Assembly (NCBI RefSeq): GCF_030684315.1
Contig: NC_081390.1
Coordinates: 23,173,288-23,237,287, forward strand
DNA from: Stegostoma tigrinum
Lineage: Eukaryota
DNA length: 64,000 nucleotides
Direction: 5' to 3'
The notes under the pieces were generated by a model that worked only from the letters and a program-made list of their open reading frames with translations, did no database searches and was not told the origin of the DNA. Of this stretch, positions 12,446 through 25,442 are shown piece by piece. Each line of letters opens with the position of its first letter. Position 1 is the stretch's first letter. The position numbers and the translations under genes are program-made.

Positions 12446-13889
12446 TTAAATCTATATTTACTTAAATCAGGTGCATCTGATTATTTACATATTGCTAAAA
12501 AGAGTCTATAAGTTAAAGCTTTTTGTCTTGTACTCACCAGAACTAGGATACAAGAAACAGACTGTGCAATGAATGAAACCACCATCAGTTACACTGGAAA
12601 CAAACTTAAAGATCATCAACTGGGCTCACAGTAATGATGCATTGGCCAATGTTGGAAGCTACATACATAATTGCGCAGAACTTGTTTTACGGGTGCAAAA
12701 CAAACTTTTATAGATGTATTGCACCTTTTATAAAGAGAAGTTCAATGCAGATAGCCAAATGTTGCTGCATCTCCACGGCAACACTGACCAATCCGAATCT
12801 ATCTGTCTTGTCTAAGACTTAAGATTGACAGTTAACTGTTCTTGCTGCACCTCCATGCTTGTTATGGTCCAAACAATCAGCACCCTCTTCTCATTCTATA
12901 AAAAATCTTGTTTCTCTTCTCAAGCCTGTCCTAGTTCTGGTGGAGGCAAGATAAAAAGTTCAACCCGTAGTCTCCTTTTGGCAAAACTTGAGTTCTCTAC
13001 TGCCAAGCATTCACCTGATACTGCTACAATCCAGCTACTATCATTATTGGACAAATCAGATCCCAGAATGAAAACTAGCTTGATAGATCATATTTCATTT
13101 CTTCTTAACCTAATGTGGCAGTCTCTCACTGAAACATTAATATAAGCTGCTAATTTGCTTATAACAACAAAACAGAAGTTTATTACATAAATTCCTTAGG
13201 GAAATAGCCACCATTTGGAAAGCTCTTTTTGAGTTTGCAAAAAGTCCACAGTTCCTCCTGAAACACGGAGAAAATTTAAAACCATTTAGAAATAGGTTAC
13301 CTCTGGGAAAAGGTTTAATTTTAAAGTTCTAGATCAGTAGTGTTTGGTTAGAATACTGAAGGAATTATTTGAGGCCAAGAAAATCTCAGTCCAAGCTCAG
13401 TTGCATAAATAATTAAAGAAAATGCTATATAACTCTCAATACTACAAATTGAAAGAAACAGTTAAGTCAGACTCAAAGATGTGATAGAGAAAGGAAGCTT
13501 CTAGTCATAGGCCTCCAGCCTGAAAAATACCCTTCCAACTCTATCCTCTTTCTTCTATAGGCAACCCAATTATGTACAATAAATTTTTGTTGCATTGTTA
13601 AAAGAAATCCTGTGGCCTCGATGAGTGTGTTTTAGTGAAAATCCACATTGTGAAATACAAACAAAATAATCCATGAAGCCAGATTTCAGTCTGGGATCTG
13701 ACTTCTCAACATCAGCTGGGATTGTAACAATGGAAACGTCAATTCCAAAGTAGGGATACAGTCTGTTCAATTCAGACCTACCCGAACCTGCATGTATTGC
13801 CTGTCGTCCAAAGCTTAAGAAATCTGAACTTTATAATCAGGTACTTCATGTAGTTTTTGCACAACTTGTTGATTATTCTGGATACAGAA

Positions 13890-14365
13890 TGAATCATTGA
13901 GTCATAGAGGTCGATAGCACAGAAGGTGGCCCTTTGGCCCATTGAGTCCACGCCAGTTAAAAACAACCATCAAATGATTCAAATCCCATTTTCCAGCATT
14001 TGTCCCACAGCCTTGTACGTGCTGGCATCACAAGTACTCATCTAAGTGCTTCTTCAATGTTATGAGGGCTTCTGCCTCTACCACCCTTATACGCGGTGAG
14101 TTAGAGTTTCCTGCCATTCTCTGGGTGAAAACCTTTCTCTCGCATCTCTTCTAAGCCTTCTGCCATTATCTTAAGTCTAGGCTCACAGTCATTTATCCCT
14201 CCACCAAAGGGGGAGTTGGAGGGGAGTGTTCCTTCCTGTCTATCCTGCCTATGCCTCTTATAATTTTCTGCATCTCAATCACATCTCATCTCAATTTTCA
14301 CTGCTCCAAGGAAGACAAATCCTGTCTGTCCAATCTCTCTTCATAACTGAAACTTTCCAGCCCTG
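13890..14365 (-). mobile_element. CR1 LINE 3' fragment
   Basis: CR1-type tail (GTCATAGAG...GGCCCTTTGGCCC) and degenerate ORF2 end. Confidence 0.75.
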
Positions 14366-14694
14366 GCAACAATACATTCAGCATGTGGTGGAAAATTCAT
14401 TTACTCTTGCTCGACACAAGGGAGCTACCTCGGAAAAAAAAACATGCTTTGTAATGGTTTAGCCATGAGAATAATTGAGAAAAATGTCAGTATTACTTTT
14501 CGTGTACCAAGAGAGAGCAGAATGGAGAAGGGATACATGGACAAACCTGGCAATGAATCCATTTTGACAACAACAACTTTAACACCACATTGCATCATTA
14601 TCATACTGAGCTGTAATTCACATCAGTGCTTCATAACACGATAACTTCTTCATCTTGCTACCTGGGATCAGCTCTAAGTAGATATTAGGTTTTA

Positions 14695-15056
14695 GAGTCA
14701 TGGAGTTGTACAGTACTGAAGAGATGCTTCAGTCCAACTTGTGCATGCCAACCAGATATTCCTAAATTGATCTATTCCCATTTGCCAGCATTTGGCCCAT
14801 ATCCCTCTAAAGCCTTCCTATTAGTCCAGATACCTTTAAAAAGTTGTAATTGTACCAGCCTCACCACTTCCTCTGGCAGCTCATTCCATACACACGCCAC
14901 TCTCTGTGTGAAAAAAGTTGCCTCTCACGTCTCTTTTGTATCTTTCCCCTCTCACCTTAAACCTATGCCCTCTGGTTTTGGACTCCCCTATCCTTGGCAA
15001 TTCACCTTATTCATGCCCCTCATGATTTTATAAACCTCTATAAGGTCACTGCTCAA
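14695..15056 (-). mobile_element. CR1/HER1 LINE 3' fragment
   Basis: DLIEVYKIMRGM; closely similar to the 51140-51510 copy. Confidence 0.88.
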
Positions 15057-18000
15057 CTGAAAAACATTGGTAGATACACAACCCAAACTTTGAACAAGCT
15101 CAGTAGAAGCATTAAACGATAATCTCAACTGCCCTATGTATCCCACACCTGGTTGTCCAGCAAAATAAGGGAGTTCTGAAGAAACAACTTTAACCAAAGA
15201 ATGTGCCTAGACTTTGGGATTTGATGCCCCAAAGAGTTGCTGTTGCAATTGGTATTGGTGTGTTTAGAGGGCAGCTCGATAGATACATGCCAAACAGATA
15301 CAAGGATATGTTGACATGGTGAGCTGAAGAGGTTGGATGTGAGTAACATGCACTCTGCTGTAGAACTGGGATCAGGAATAATCAACATTAAACTATAGGA
15401 TGCCTGTGAAAAACATGGAAAGCATCTGTACACCATTTACAGAAGAAAATCTGCCATTTTTACTTGGTCTAGCCGAAGTGTGACACCAGGCTAATTGCAA
15501 TGCGGCTGACTCTTAACCACATGTGAAATGGTGCCAATTATCACCGTGACGTTCTCGACAGCATTTGGATGGTTGGTAAGCAATGTGATGAAAATATGAA
15601 GTCAGGTCAAATGGCTTCTTTCTAGGCTTTGACCACCTGTGGTTGGCCTCATTGCCTTTTATCCTTGTCACTCCTCTCACCAACACAACCACCTCCCCAT
15701 GACCTGCCAATGCCCATTTTTCTCATACAAAAATAAGCAGCCAAACCAAAAATGTCTGGCATTTATCGCATAGAACAGGCAGATGGTCAGCGAGGAACCG
15801 CAGAGAGTGATGACTCGCATTGTACTGGCCCCACACCAAACTGGGACTGCAAACTGGCTTATGACTTCACCTCCACCACCTGTCCTTCCACTAAAGCAAC
15901 TGCATACAGAAACTGAAACAAACCGAACAGTCCACTAGATACAGAGCAGAAACCCACAGGTCAATGCTAGCCCAGTGACGTCACCTCAATGCCACCATCT
16001 GCCACCTCGATGGGCCAGTCACACAGAGTAGTGGGAATTGAATTGTCAGAAATAAAGGTTCATAAAAGGGAAGAAGGCTGATTGGCTCATTAAATTATTT
16101 CCTCTAGTATTTTAATTGATCCAGCCTATCATTAGAATGTATTGCACTGTTGTTTGCGGGAGGTCACTGTGTGTAAACTGTCTGCTGCATTTCCTACGTG
16201 GCTCCTCTCGACAAAGTATTCAATTGGCCACAATGTGCTTTGGGACTTCCAGAGCTCATGAAATGTTCAAAATAAATGGCCATTCTTTGTAACACACACT
16301 TGTAAGCTAAACAGCCAAAACCTCAGAGCCCAGTCTTCACAGGAATAAGGCAGTATTGTTCTATGAATCATGCTGCAGGATCTACCCTTGTGCTGATAGC
16401 TGATCATGGTCAGAATTACATCAGAATGGCAACATATTTGAAACAGTGGATGAGTTTAGCATTGCTAACTTTTTAAAACACATTTGCCCATGGGATGTAG
16501 GCATCAATGGCTAGGGCAACATTTATTGCCCATTCTTAATTTTCACAGTTAAGAGTCAGCGACATTGCTGTGGCTTGGAGTCACATGTAGATAAGGGTAA
16601 GGTGTGGCAGACTTCCTTCCCCAAAGGACATTAGAGAACCAAATGGGTTTTACAATAATCAACACAATGTTATTGTTAGACCATATTTTCAATTCAGATT
16701 TCTATTGAATTCAAATTTGAACCATCTGCAATAGTGGGATTCAAATCCACATCCCCACTGAGGTTCTGGATTATAAGCCTAGTGACCCCACCACAATGCC
16801 TTTTCCTCCCTACTCGAGGTGGATGTATGGCTGGGAGTGCTTCATTTCAAACCGTCCTCCCCAACCTTCCAGTCCCATCAGCCTCAAGTCTCTGTCTCCA
16901 AATCGTACGGCTCCCCTACCTTTTTTGAGGAGGGAACAGAGAGAGGCAGTTGCTGGTAATTCACGTGAATTTCCAAAAGCATTCAACCAGGTAAATTAAT
17001 AAATAACATAATGCAAAGTTAAGACGCTGCTGAGTCAAGGGAAAATGGCAGAATAGAGTGCTTGCTTCAACTCTGTACTGTGGAAATATAAGGCAACTAT
17101 TCCAGGGCAATATTTAACAGCCCTGGATCAAATTCTAAGAAATGATGAACAAAGGCAGATTCTGTTGTGAACATAAGATGTCATTAAGAAATCCAATACA
17201 GCATTCAAAGGAATCTACTTGACCCACAGAGTGGTGAGAATGTGGAATTTGTTATCACAGGTAATGGCTGAAGTGAAAAAAAATAGCTGTATTTAAGAGG
17301 AAACTAAACAAGTCCATAAGAGGGAGGTGAACAGAGAACTAAGATGATGGATTCTTAAGAAGGAAGTGGGGGGATGCTTCAGTGGGCTATAAAGACTGAC
17401 ATGAACAGTTGGGATTGGATGGTTTGTTTCTGTGCTGCTTATCTGATGTAATACTAAAGAACCGTGGTCAAAGAAAATCACACAGACTCGTACAAAACCA
17501 GAGCAGGAGTAGGCCATTCAGCCCTTCAAACCTATTCTCCCGTTCCATATGATCACGGCTGATCATCCAGCTCAATAGTCTGCTCCTGCTTTTCGCCTGA
17601 TCTTTGATCCTTTTAGTGCTATATCAACTCCTTGAAATCGTATAATGTTTAGGCCTCATCTGCTTTCTGTGGTAGTGAATTTCACAGGCTCATCACTCTC
17701 TGTGTGAAGACATTTCTCCCCATCTCAGCCCTAACTAGTTTGTAAAGTGTCCTTAGATTGTGACCGCTGGTTCTGGATACCCATCTCATTGGGAACACAA
17801 AATATATACCTTAAGTGCCTTGCTAACTTTTCTGCACTGCTCTTTGGAGTTTCTAGTATCTAACTGACCAATGTCCACTTAATGGAGGTTCCTGAGCACC
17901 TCTAACTCAGTTGTTTGGCAGAAGCAGCGAGAGCATCATTGTAATACTGAAATTGGGATCTCATTCAGTCATCAGAACTGAAGACTTATTTTGGTGAAAA

Positions 18001-19344
18001 TGGTCAAAATTTAACAGCAGTTTTTTGGCAGGATCTGGGATACTTATACATCTAATGGACAGAAATAAGTGGGTAGAACGGAATTGGTGCCATGAAACGT
18101 TTATACAGTACAGGCAGTCCCCCGGGTGCACATGGTTTCTGTTTTCGATTCCATTCACACATCCAGAACACAAAGCAGAACAATGTTAAACAGCCGTGTG
18201 TAAATAAGTGGAGACATACTATAGTGGATCTTTAAAGTTACACTCCTGTATGGGATCATGTTCATAAGTCAGACATTCGTAAATTGGGGACCACCCCCCC
18301 ACCCTGTCATATAACACGCAAAAGGAACATTTAAATGTCACAGTCTTCTCTCCCACCTCCCACTTCAATGAAAGTTATTCCCCTTATCAAAACAATTGAG
18401 ATGTAACAACCAATTTCACAATCACAGAAAACTGTAGCAGAGTGAGATCGATGCGATCATGTTACAATGCAATTACTAACCAAAAATTGGGGATTGCATT
18501 ATAGGTGCATTGGTGCATGGCTGTGAGCTTTCTATTCTGTCTTTTACAATCCATATAAAACTTTTATCATGGGATTAGAACAATGAAGCGATGTCAGGAA
18601 CATTTTAACTCTGCTGAGGTCAAAATGCTACCCTTAAGGATGTGGTGGCCAAGAGGTACAGTCACTAGACAAGTACACTCATACAAATACTTTGGGGATA
18701 TGGGTTTGAGGCCCACCACTGCAGATGATGAAACTTATATTCTACCCTAATGGTGAGCTTGTAATCATTAAGCTGATGCCGTTAAAAAAAAACCCATCTA
18801 CCCCTTTGCGGCAGGAAATGTGCCATCGTCACCCGGTTTGGCCTAACTCTGACTGTAGGACCACACCAATATGGTTAGGTTAACTGTCCTCTGAAATGTC
18901 TTTTAGCCAACACACAAAATTTCAACTTTCTCACTGAAGCAAGATGCTTACACTGCTGGGGTCAGCTTAGTCTAAAACCTAAAATTAAACTGTTTGTTTA
19001 TAACAGAAGAAACCCCTTTCACTACTCATGCAGAGCGTTATTTTTAATCTAATGATGTCCTTTTTTTGGCCACTAGCTCATGTGATAGTTCACTGGAAAC
19101 CAGGTGCTTTACCATAAATCCCTTTTCAAAGAAACATAGTTCTTAACAAAGCCACAAAACTAAGATAAAATACAGAGCTCTTCTCTCCAGATGCTATTGC
19201 ATTGATAATTCCCAAACTTGGTCGAAAGTGGTCCAAGGGTGACCCTGTAATAGCCAGAAATTGATTGCTCACTGGCTGGACTGGTCATGAGTGCAATTCA
19301 GTTGTCGTGGGAAGAAATTTGAAACTCTCCTAAATGAGACGAAG

Positions 19345-19502
19345 AGACATAACAAGGTGTAGAGCTGGATGAACACAGCAGGCCAAGCAGCATCAGAGGA
19401 GCAGCTTTTCTGCTCCTCTGATGCTGCTTGGCCTGCTGTGTTCATCCAGCTCTACACCTTGTTATCTCAGAGTCTCCAGCATCTGCAGTTCCTACTATCT
19501 AT
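19345..19502. mobile_element. Fold-back PLE family A mini-element with a perfect 56-bp stem
   Basis: Arms 19349-19404 and 19410-19465 are exact reverse complements with a 5-nt loop. One-sided tail. TSD GAGACGAAG (19336-19344, 19505-19513). Confidence 0.92.
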
Positions 19503-20174
19503 GAGAGACGAAGTTCCTTTCAATGTTCTGAGAGCAGGTCTCAGTAAATTACGCATTTAGCAGCGTGGACTAGTGTAGTTCATGGCTGTGCAGGGCTCTA
19601 ACCTCTCTGCAAGAACCAACTTTTATCCAAACCAGCTGAAAATTCATGTTATTCCAACCTTGCATTTTTGGACAATATTCAGTTGTGGTCAGAACTGACG
19701 GTGATACAATCCTATTTTTCCACCCTCCCTGCACCATTCACCTTCAGGGATCCACACAGCCTTATATCCCTTGACCAGATTTTGTTCTGTCATTGAGTAA
19801 CCTCAGAAGGGAGCTTGGAACTGCAGCGACATTTTGAAAACATAATGTGCCACTGAACAAAATGCCTGAAGGCTCAATGAACATAATTAAGTAATGCATC
19901 ATTACTTATGCTAGGCTGCAAACCGAACCCATTGCACATTCACAAACATGGGAGCAACACATGGGAGTCAAAGAAAAATGAACAAAATGTTTGTCAACAA
20001 CAACATGAACCTGTATAGCACTTTTAAGATCATACGGTGGTTTCACTTGAATGATACTGTCAAACATTGACATTCAATATTCAAAGGTGGTGACACAAGA
20101 ACAGGTAACCAGGGATCTTGGAATTCCCTCCCCTAAGGGCATTGTAGATCTATCTACACCAAATGGACAGCAGT

Positions 20175-20488
20175 GGGGTGGGATGGTGGCTCAGTGATTA
20201 GCACTGATATCTCAGCAGCAGGGACCCAGGTTCAATTCCACTCTCAGGTGACTGTCTGTATGGAGTTTGTACATTCTTCCCTGTATCTGCATGCGTTTCC
20301 TTCCACAGATGTGCAGGTTAGGTGGATTGGCCACTCTAAATTGCCCCATAATGTCCATGGATCTGCAGACAAGGTGGGTTAGCCATGGGAAATGCTGGGT
20401 TATGGGGATGGGGTATGGGGATGGGCCTGGCTAGGATGACTTCAGAGAGGCAGTGTAGATTTGATAGGACAAATGGCCAACTTCTATA
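20175..20488 (+). mobile_element. HE1-like SINE, diverged
   Basis: GGTGGCTCAGTGATTAGCACTG...GGTTCAATTCC head and HE1 body. Confidence 0.85.
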
Positions 20489-22809
20489 CTGTATAAACAG
20501 AACAGCAATTTATTGTCACTAGTAATGAAATGCAGTGAACTATGTATATGTCACCACAATTCAGTGCCATTTTAATTTCAAGAAACAGTAAAAATAAATA
20601 ATTGAGTGAGGACAACGTTGATCTTTTGTTCCCTCCATGGCTCCTAGGTTTATGGGGTGGCTGTGTGACGCTGGCCCTGAGGCTGCCAAAGCCAGGATTT
20701 CTGGTCAGGACTGACCACATTGCCACTGCCGAAGCCAACACTGAAATGACTGCACCTCCACCACAGCAAGGAGGAACAGACTGGCTGAAACTGTCACTCA
20801 AACCATCACCAGTACATTCAGTGGTTCATGAAAGCAGCTCACCACTACTTTCTCCAGCGTAACTAAGGACAAGCAATAAACGCTGGCCCAACCAGCGATG
20901 TCCATATCCCATGAGTGAATAAAACAAAATTGATCCCATAGACAGGTTTTATGCAGTGTCTCAGAGGAGGTACAGAGAAGAAACTGCAAAATGTAGGACC
21001 TGAATGGTAGAAGGCATGGTCGCCAATCCTAGGGCAAAGAAGACTGGGGATAAGGGCCAGAATTGGGAAGGGGCAGAACTCAGAAATGACTCTAAAAATT
21101 TGTGGAACTTACGGGCTCAGAGAGCTGAGCTCATGGTGGGGCTTGAACACAAGCAGTGGAATTGTAAAACTGGGACCGTGCCAGATCAGGAGTCAACACG
21201 GGTCAGCAAGCACAGGGGTGACAACTAAATGGGATTGAGTGCAAGGTGAGGCTTGCAAGGCAAAGATTTGGAATGGCTGGAGGTTATGGACGTTGAACCT
21301 AAACTTTTTTGACCTGTGACAAAGAAGATGCTAGTTTTGCCCAGGAGAATGCAATGGAAACAGTGCAATATTTTCCTCACAACTATTAAAACTTCACCAA
21401 CCTGAAAGGTTAACTTTATTTTTCTTTCCACAAACACAGAAAGACGTGTTGAGTACTGGCACCATTTCCTCAATCACTCTCACATTTTGCCACCTACAAA
21501 GTCCAGTATTTTGCCCTCAAATAGAACCCTAACACTTTACTCTGAGAATAAACACCTGCACTTGGAGTATTTGACTTAAGCTATGTGCAACACCATCTGG
21601 AGGTAACAAATTATTTTAGGAGAAGGCAACACGTGTCTATTGTTACTGTAAGGAAAAACAAATCATTATAATCTTGGCCAATGACTACAGGGGTGTTGAA
21701 ATAATAATGTGCTAGTTGTATTTTTGAACAAATCTGAATAGTATTCCAAAGGAAAGTAAAATTACCACAAGTAAAAATCATTTTAAGTAATGGTGGCACA
21801 GCCCGGTCTAGTGGAACATGTAGTCGGTAAAGTGTGGGGAGTCACGGGCCCTATCAGTGTCTCAATCACCACATGTGCACGAAGCAAAGCCAGCGACAGA
21901 AGTTTCAACTCAAGGCTTTGGGTTTGAGCAATAGCTGCGGGCACTGATGCATCCACGAGGCTGGGAGTCATGTAGATAACACGTTCACAGAGGCAGTCAC
22001 ATTGCAGCTTAAAGGCCTGGAGACAGAAAGAGAATGTGTGACCACTACAGAATCCAGGAGAAACGGGCAGGTAGTGCAGGAGTCTCTTGGGTTCGAAATT
22101 TCGAATCGGTTTTCCATTTTGCAAGCTGGTCAGGGCAATGGTTCCTCAAAAGTGTGCAGTCAGACCCAAGGCCGAGGTGACATGAACAGGTTGGCTGAAC
22201 AGATGGTGAGGAGGAAGAAAGGAGGTGCAATTGTGAGAGGGATTTCATTAATGAGAGTAACCACCAAATATTTCTGTGATCATAGACATGTCTCCAGGAG
22301 GGTATGTTGCCTCCCTGATGCCAAGGTAAAGGACAACACAGAGCAAGTGCTACACCCTGTTCTAGGGAGGGTGAACAGCCAGAAGTCATGGTCCACTTTA
22401 GTGCCAATGGCCTGAAGTGGAAGTGAGATGTGGGAATGAAGCAGGGAGTTAGCAAGCAGGACCTCAAATGTAGTAATCTCTGGATTACTCCCAATGCTAT
22501 ATGCAAGTGAGTACAGAAATAGGAGGACGAAACAGATGAATGTGCAGTTGGAAAGATGATGCAGGACAGAAGGTTTTAGAATTGGCTCTCAGGAAGATAG
22601 TAACTGTACAAGCCAGCTGGGTTGTACCAGAACAGAATTCGGACTGAGTTGCGGGTATTTTGTTGGCGCTTTTCAGTGGACTTTAAACTAATTCAGTAGG
22701 AAGTGTGGGAGCCAAGAGAGAATAATACTAGCGAGTTTTGAGAAGATTTGTAGCTCAGGTTGAGTTTCTGGATGTGAGTTTGCTCGCTGAGCTGGAAGGT
22801 TAGTTTTCA

Positions 22810-22843
22810 GAAGTTTCGTCACCATTCTAGGTAACATCATCAG
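22810..22843 (-). ncRNA. Minimal type I hammerhead ribozyme motif (PLE family E)
   Basis: CUGAUGA-U-GUUACC-UAGAAU-GGUGAC-GAAA-CUUC. Core intact, stem III palindrome mutated. Confidence 0.75.
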
Positions 22844-23692
22844 TGAGCCTCCGATGAAGCGCTGGTGTTATGTCCGCTTTCTATTTATCTGTTTAGGGTT
22901 CCCTTGGTTGGTGATGTCATTTCTTGTTCTTTTTCTCAGAGGATGGTAGATTGGCTCCAAATCAATGTGTTTGTTGATGGAGTTCCAGTTGGAATGACAT
23001 GCTTCTAGGAATTCTCGTGCGTGTCTCTGTTTGGCTTGTCCTAGGACGGATGTGTTGTCTCAATCAAAGTGGTGTCCTTCCTCATCTGTATGTAAGGATA
23101 CGAGAGATAGTGGCTCATGTCGTTTTGTGGCTAGTTGATGTTCATGTATCCTGGTGGCTAGCTTCCTGCCTGTTTGTCCAATGTTGTGTTTGTCACAGTT
23201 CTTGCAAGGTATTTTGTAAATGACGTTCGTTTTGCTTGTTGTCTGAATAGAGTCTTTTAAGTTCATTACCTGCTGTTTTAGTGTGTTGGTGGGTTTGTGG
23301 ACCACCCTGATGCCAAGAACCGTGACAAACACTACATTGGACAAACAAGCAGAAAGCTAGCCACCAGGATACAAGAACATCAACTAGCCACAAAACGACA
23401 TGACCCACGATCACTAGTATCCTTACATACAGATGAGGAAGGACACCACTTTGATTGAGGCAACACGCCCATCCTAGGGCAAGCCAGAGACATGAATGAG
23501 AATTCCTGGAAGCATGGCATTCCAACCAGAACTCCATCAACAAACACATTGGCTCCAAATCAATCTAACATCCTCTGAGAAAAAGAACAGGAAATGACAT
23601 CACCCATGCAGGAAATGACATCACCAACCCAAGGAAACCTAAACAGATAAATAGAAAGTGGGACATAACACCAGCGCTTCATTGGAGGCTCA

Positions 23693-23725
23693 CTGATGAT
23701 GTTACTAGAATGGTGACGAAATGTC
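23693..23725 (+). ncRNA. Minimal type I hammerhead ribozyme motif (PLE family E)
   Basis: CUGAUGA-U-GUUAC-UAGAAUG-GUGAC-GAAA-UGUC. Confidence 0.75.
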
Positions 23726-25099
23726 TGAAAACTAACCTTCCAGCTCAGCGAGCAAACTCTCATCCAGAGAATAATACAGAAGAATGTCAGGATGCAATAG
23801 GTATTTGGAGACTAAAAACACTAGTAAAAAGGATAAAAAAATTCAAGAGTTTAAGTTGCAATGAGGGAGAAAGGAATGAATTTTAAATCAAGGTTACTTT
23901 TCACATAGTATAGTAAATAAGACTGGGGAGTTATAGATGTGGATTGCCATATAGAAATATGTTATGGTGATAATTGAGAGCTGAATGTTAAGTATTCCTG
24001 GGTCCAAGAGTGTTGAGAAAAGACAAGAAAACAAAAAAAGGAAGATGGTGGCAGGTTAAGTACAGAGTGGGAGAAGGATGAGGTTTCAATGGGTTCAAGG
24101 ACAGAATCAATCTGAGTGCAGTTACAGAACATAAAAGGATGAATTTTCCTACTCAGTATAGTCTATGGAGTGCCAGTTGGAAGGATGCAAGGAAACAAAT
24201 CCGCGGGGAAAGTAGAGAGCCAACATTGTAGAGAGACTATAATTGAGGACTTTAACTACCTGAATATAGATTATGAGAACGGCAGCACACTGTGTGGAGA
24301 GAAGCAAATGTTCCTAGATTGAGTTCAGCTTTTTAATCCATTTCATTACAAATTTGGATTTTCACTTCACTGTAAAGTGGAAACCTTGCAAATCAGAAAA
24401 TCATCGCTTTAATTCCCAATAAAACTCAATGAAACAGGTTACAGGGAAGGAAGCACCATCAGTAACCATTTCATTAGTATTTAGAATTAACAGTATTGCT
24501 GGTGCAATGGGAGGCCATTACAGGTAGCTTGTGTGAAAATAAAACCACTTAAATGACTTTAGGTTTAATGTGTCCGTGGAGATGCATAAATATTTCATTA
24601 CATGTTATTTCAAAGTTGTAATAAATTTGCTCGTCTCTTATGACCATAAGCACAAGTGATAAAATACCCTTGTCTCAAAAAGGCTGGCAAATTAGAGAAA
24701 ACATTGCGATTAGCTGGGAGAGCAATGTTTGCCAGGGAGAGGACCTTGCTCATAAACAGTGAAATCAGTTCTTTAACATCTATGTGAAGCCAATGGCAGT
24801 TCAACACTTCAACCAAGGGCCACATCCAAAAATTCAACAGTTCCTCACACCTGCACTAGTCTTTCAGCTTAGATTACACGATCCAATATAGTAGAAGGGC
24901 TTAAACTCATTTATCACAGCATAGCTGTTTCAGTTTAATAGAAACAGCTTTCTTGGGACCCCTCAGTTTGTTTTCCTCATGCTTGATTTCCTTCTGAAGT
25001 TTAGCACTGTTCCCAATGATAACGAGTGGGTAAATCTTATCACTGAAGTCACTGTTTGGTTTCTCATTGTACAGCTGTTTTGTGTCCTGATCAACAACA

Positions 25100-25442
25100 G
25101 CTACTTAGATGCAGAAAAAATGTCTCTTCACATTGGGCAATTAGAGGATATAGTTTTTGGATAAGGGGTGGCAGATTTAAAACAGAGATGAAGTGGAATT
25201 ATTTCTCTAGAAGGGTCATGAATCCGTGGAATTCACTCTCCCAGAGTGTGATGGATGCTGGGACATTGAGTAAATTTAAAAAGAAGATCAATAGATGTTT
25301 AATGAGTGATGGGTTGAAGGGTTATGGAGAATGGGTAAGGAAGTGGAGTTGAGGCTAAGATGAGATCAGCCGTGTTTGTATAAAGTGGCAGAGCAGGCCT
25401 GAGGGAGTGAATGGGTTGGCTCTGTTCCTAGTTCTTATGTTC
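25100..25442 (+). mobile_element. CR1 LINE 3' fragment
   Basis: ORF 25056..25352 RFKTEMKWNYFSRRVMNPWNSL...FKKKINR. Confidence 0.88.

Larger units (their letters stand above)
22729..23768. mobile_element. PLE family E insertion with about 440-bp inverted arms and GIY-YIG endonuclease remnant
   Basis: Minus ORF NVIYKIPCKNCDKHNIGQTGRKLATRIHEH is a Penelope GIY-YIG domain. Arms 22767-23204 and 23314-23768. Tail 22729-22766. TSD AGAGAATAATAC (22717-22728, 23766-23777). Confidence 0.93.
21800..24330 (+). mobile_element. Degenerate CR1 LINE 5' region (ORF1 SGNH esterase-like, then APE endonuclease remnants), interrupted by a PLE
   Basis: ORF 22002..22415 ISNRFSIL...AIVRGISLMR...SRRVCCLPDAKVKD is typical CR1 ORF1. 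Downstream GAGGACTTTAACTACCTGAATATAGAT is a GDFNYP-like APE motif. Confidence 0.8.
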
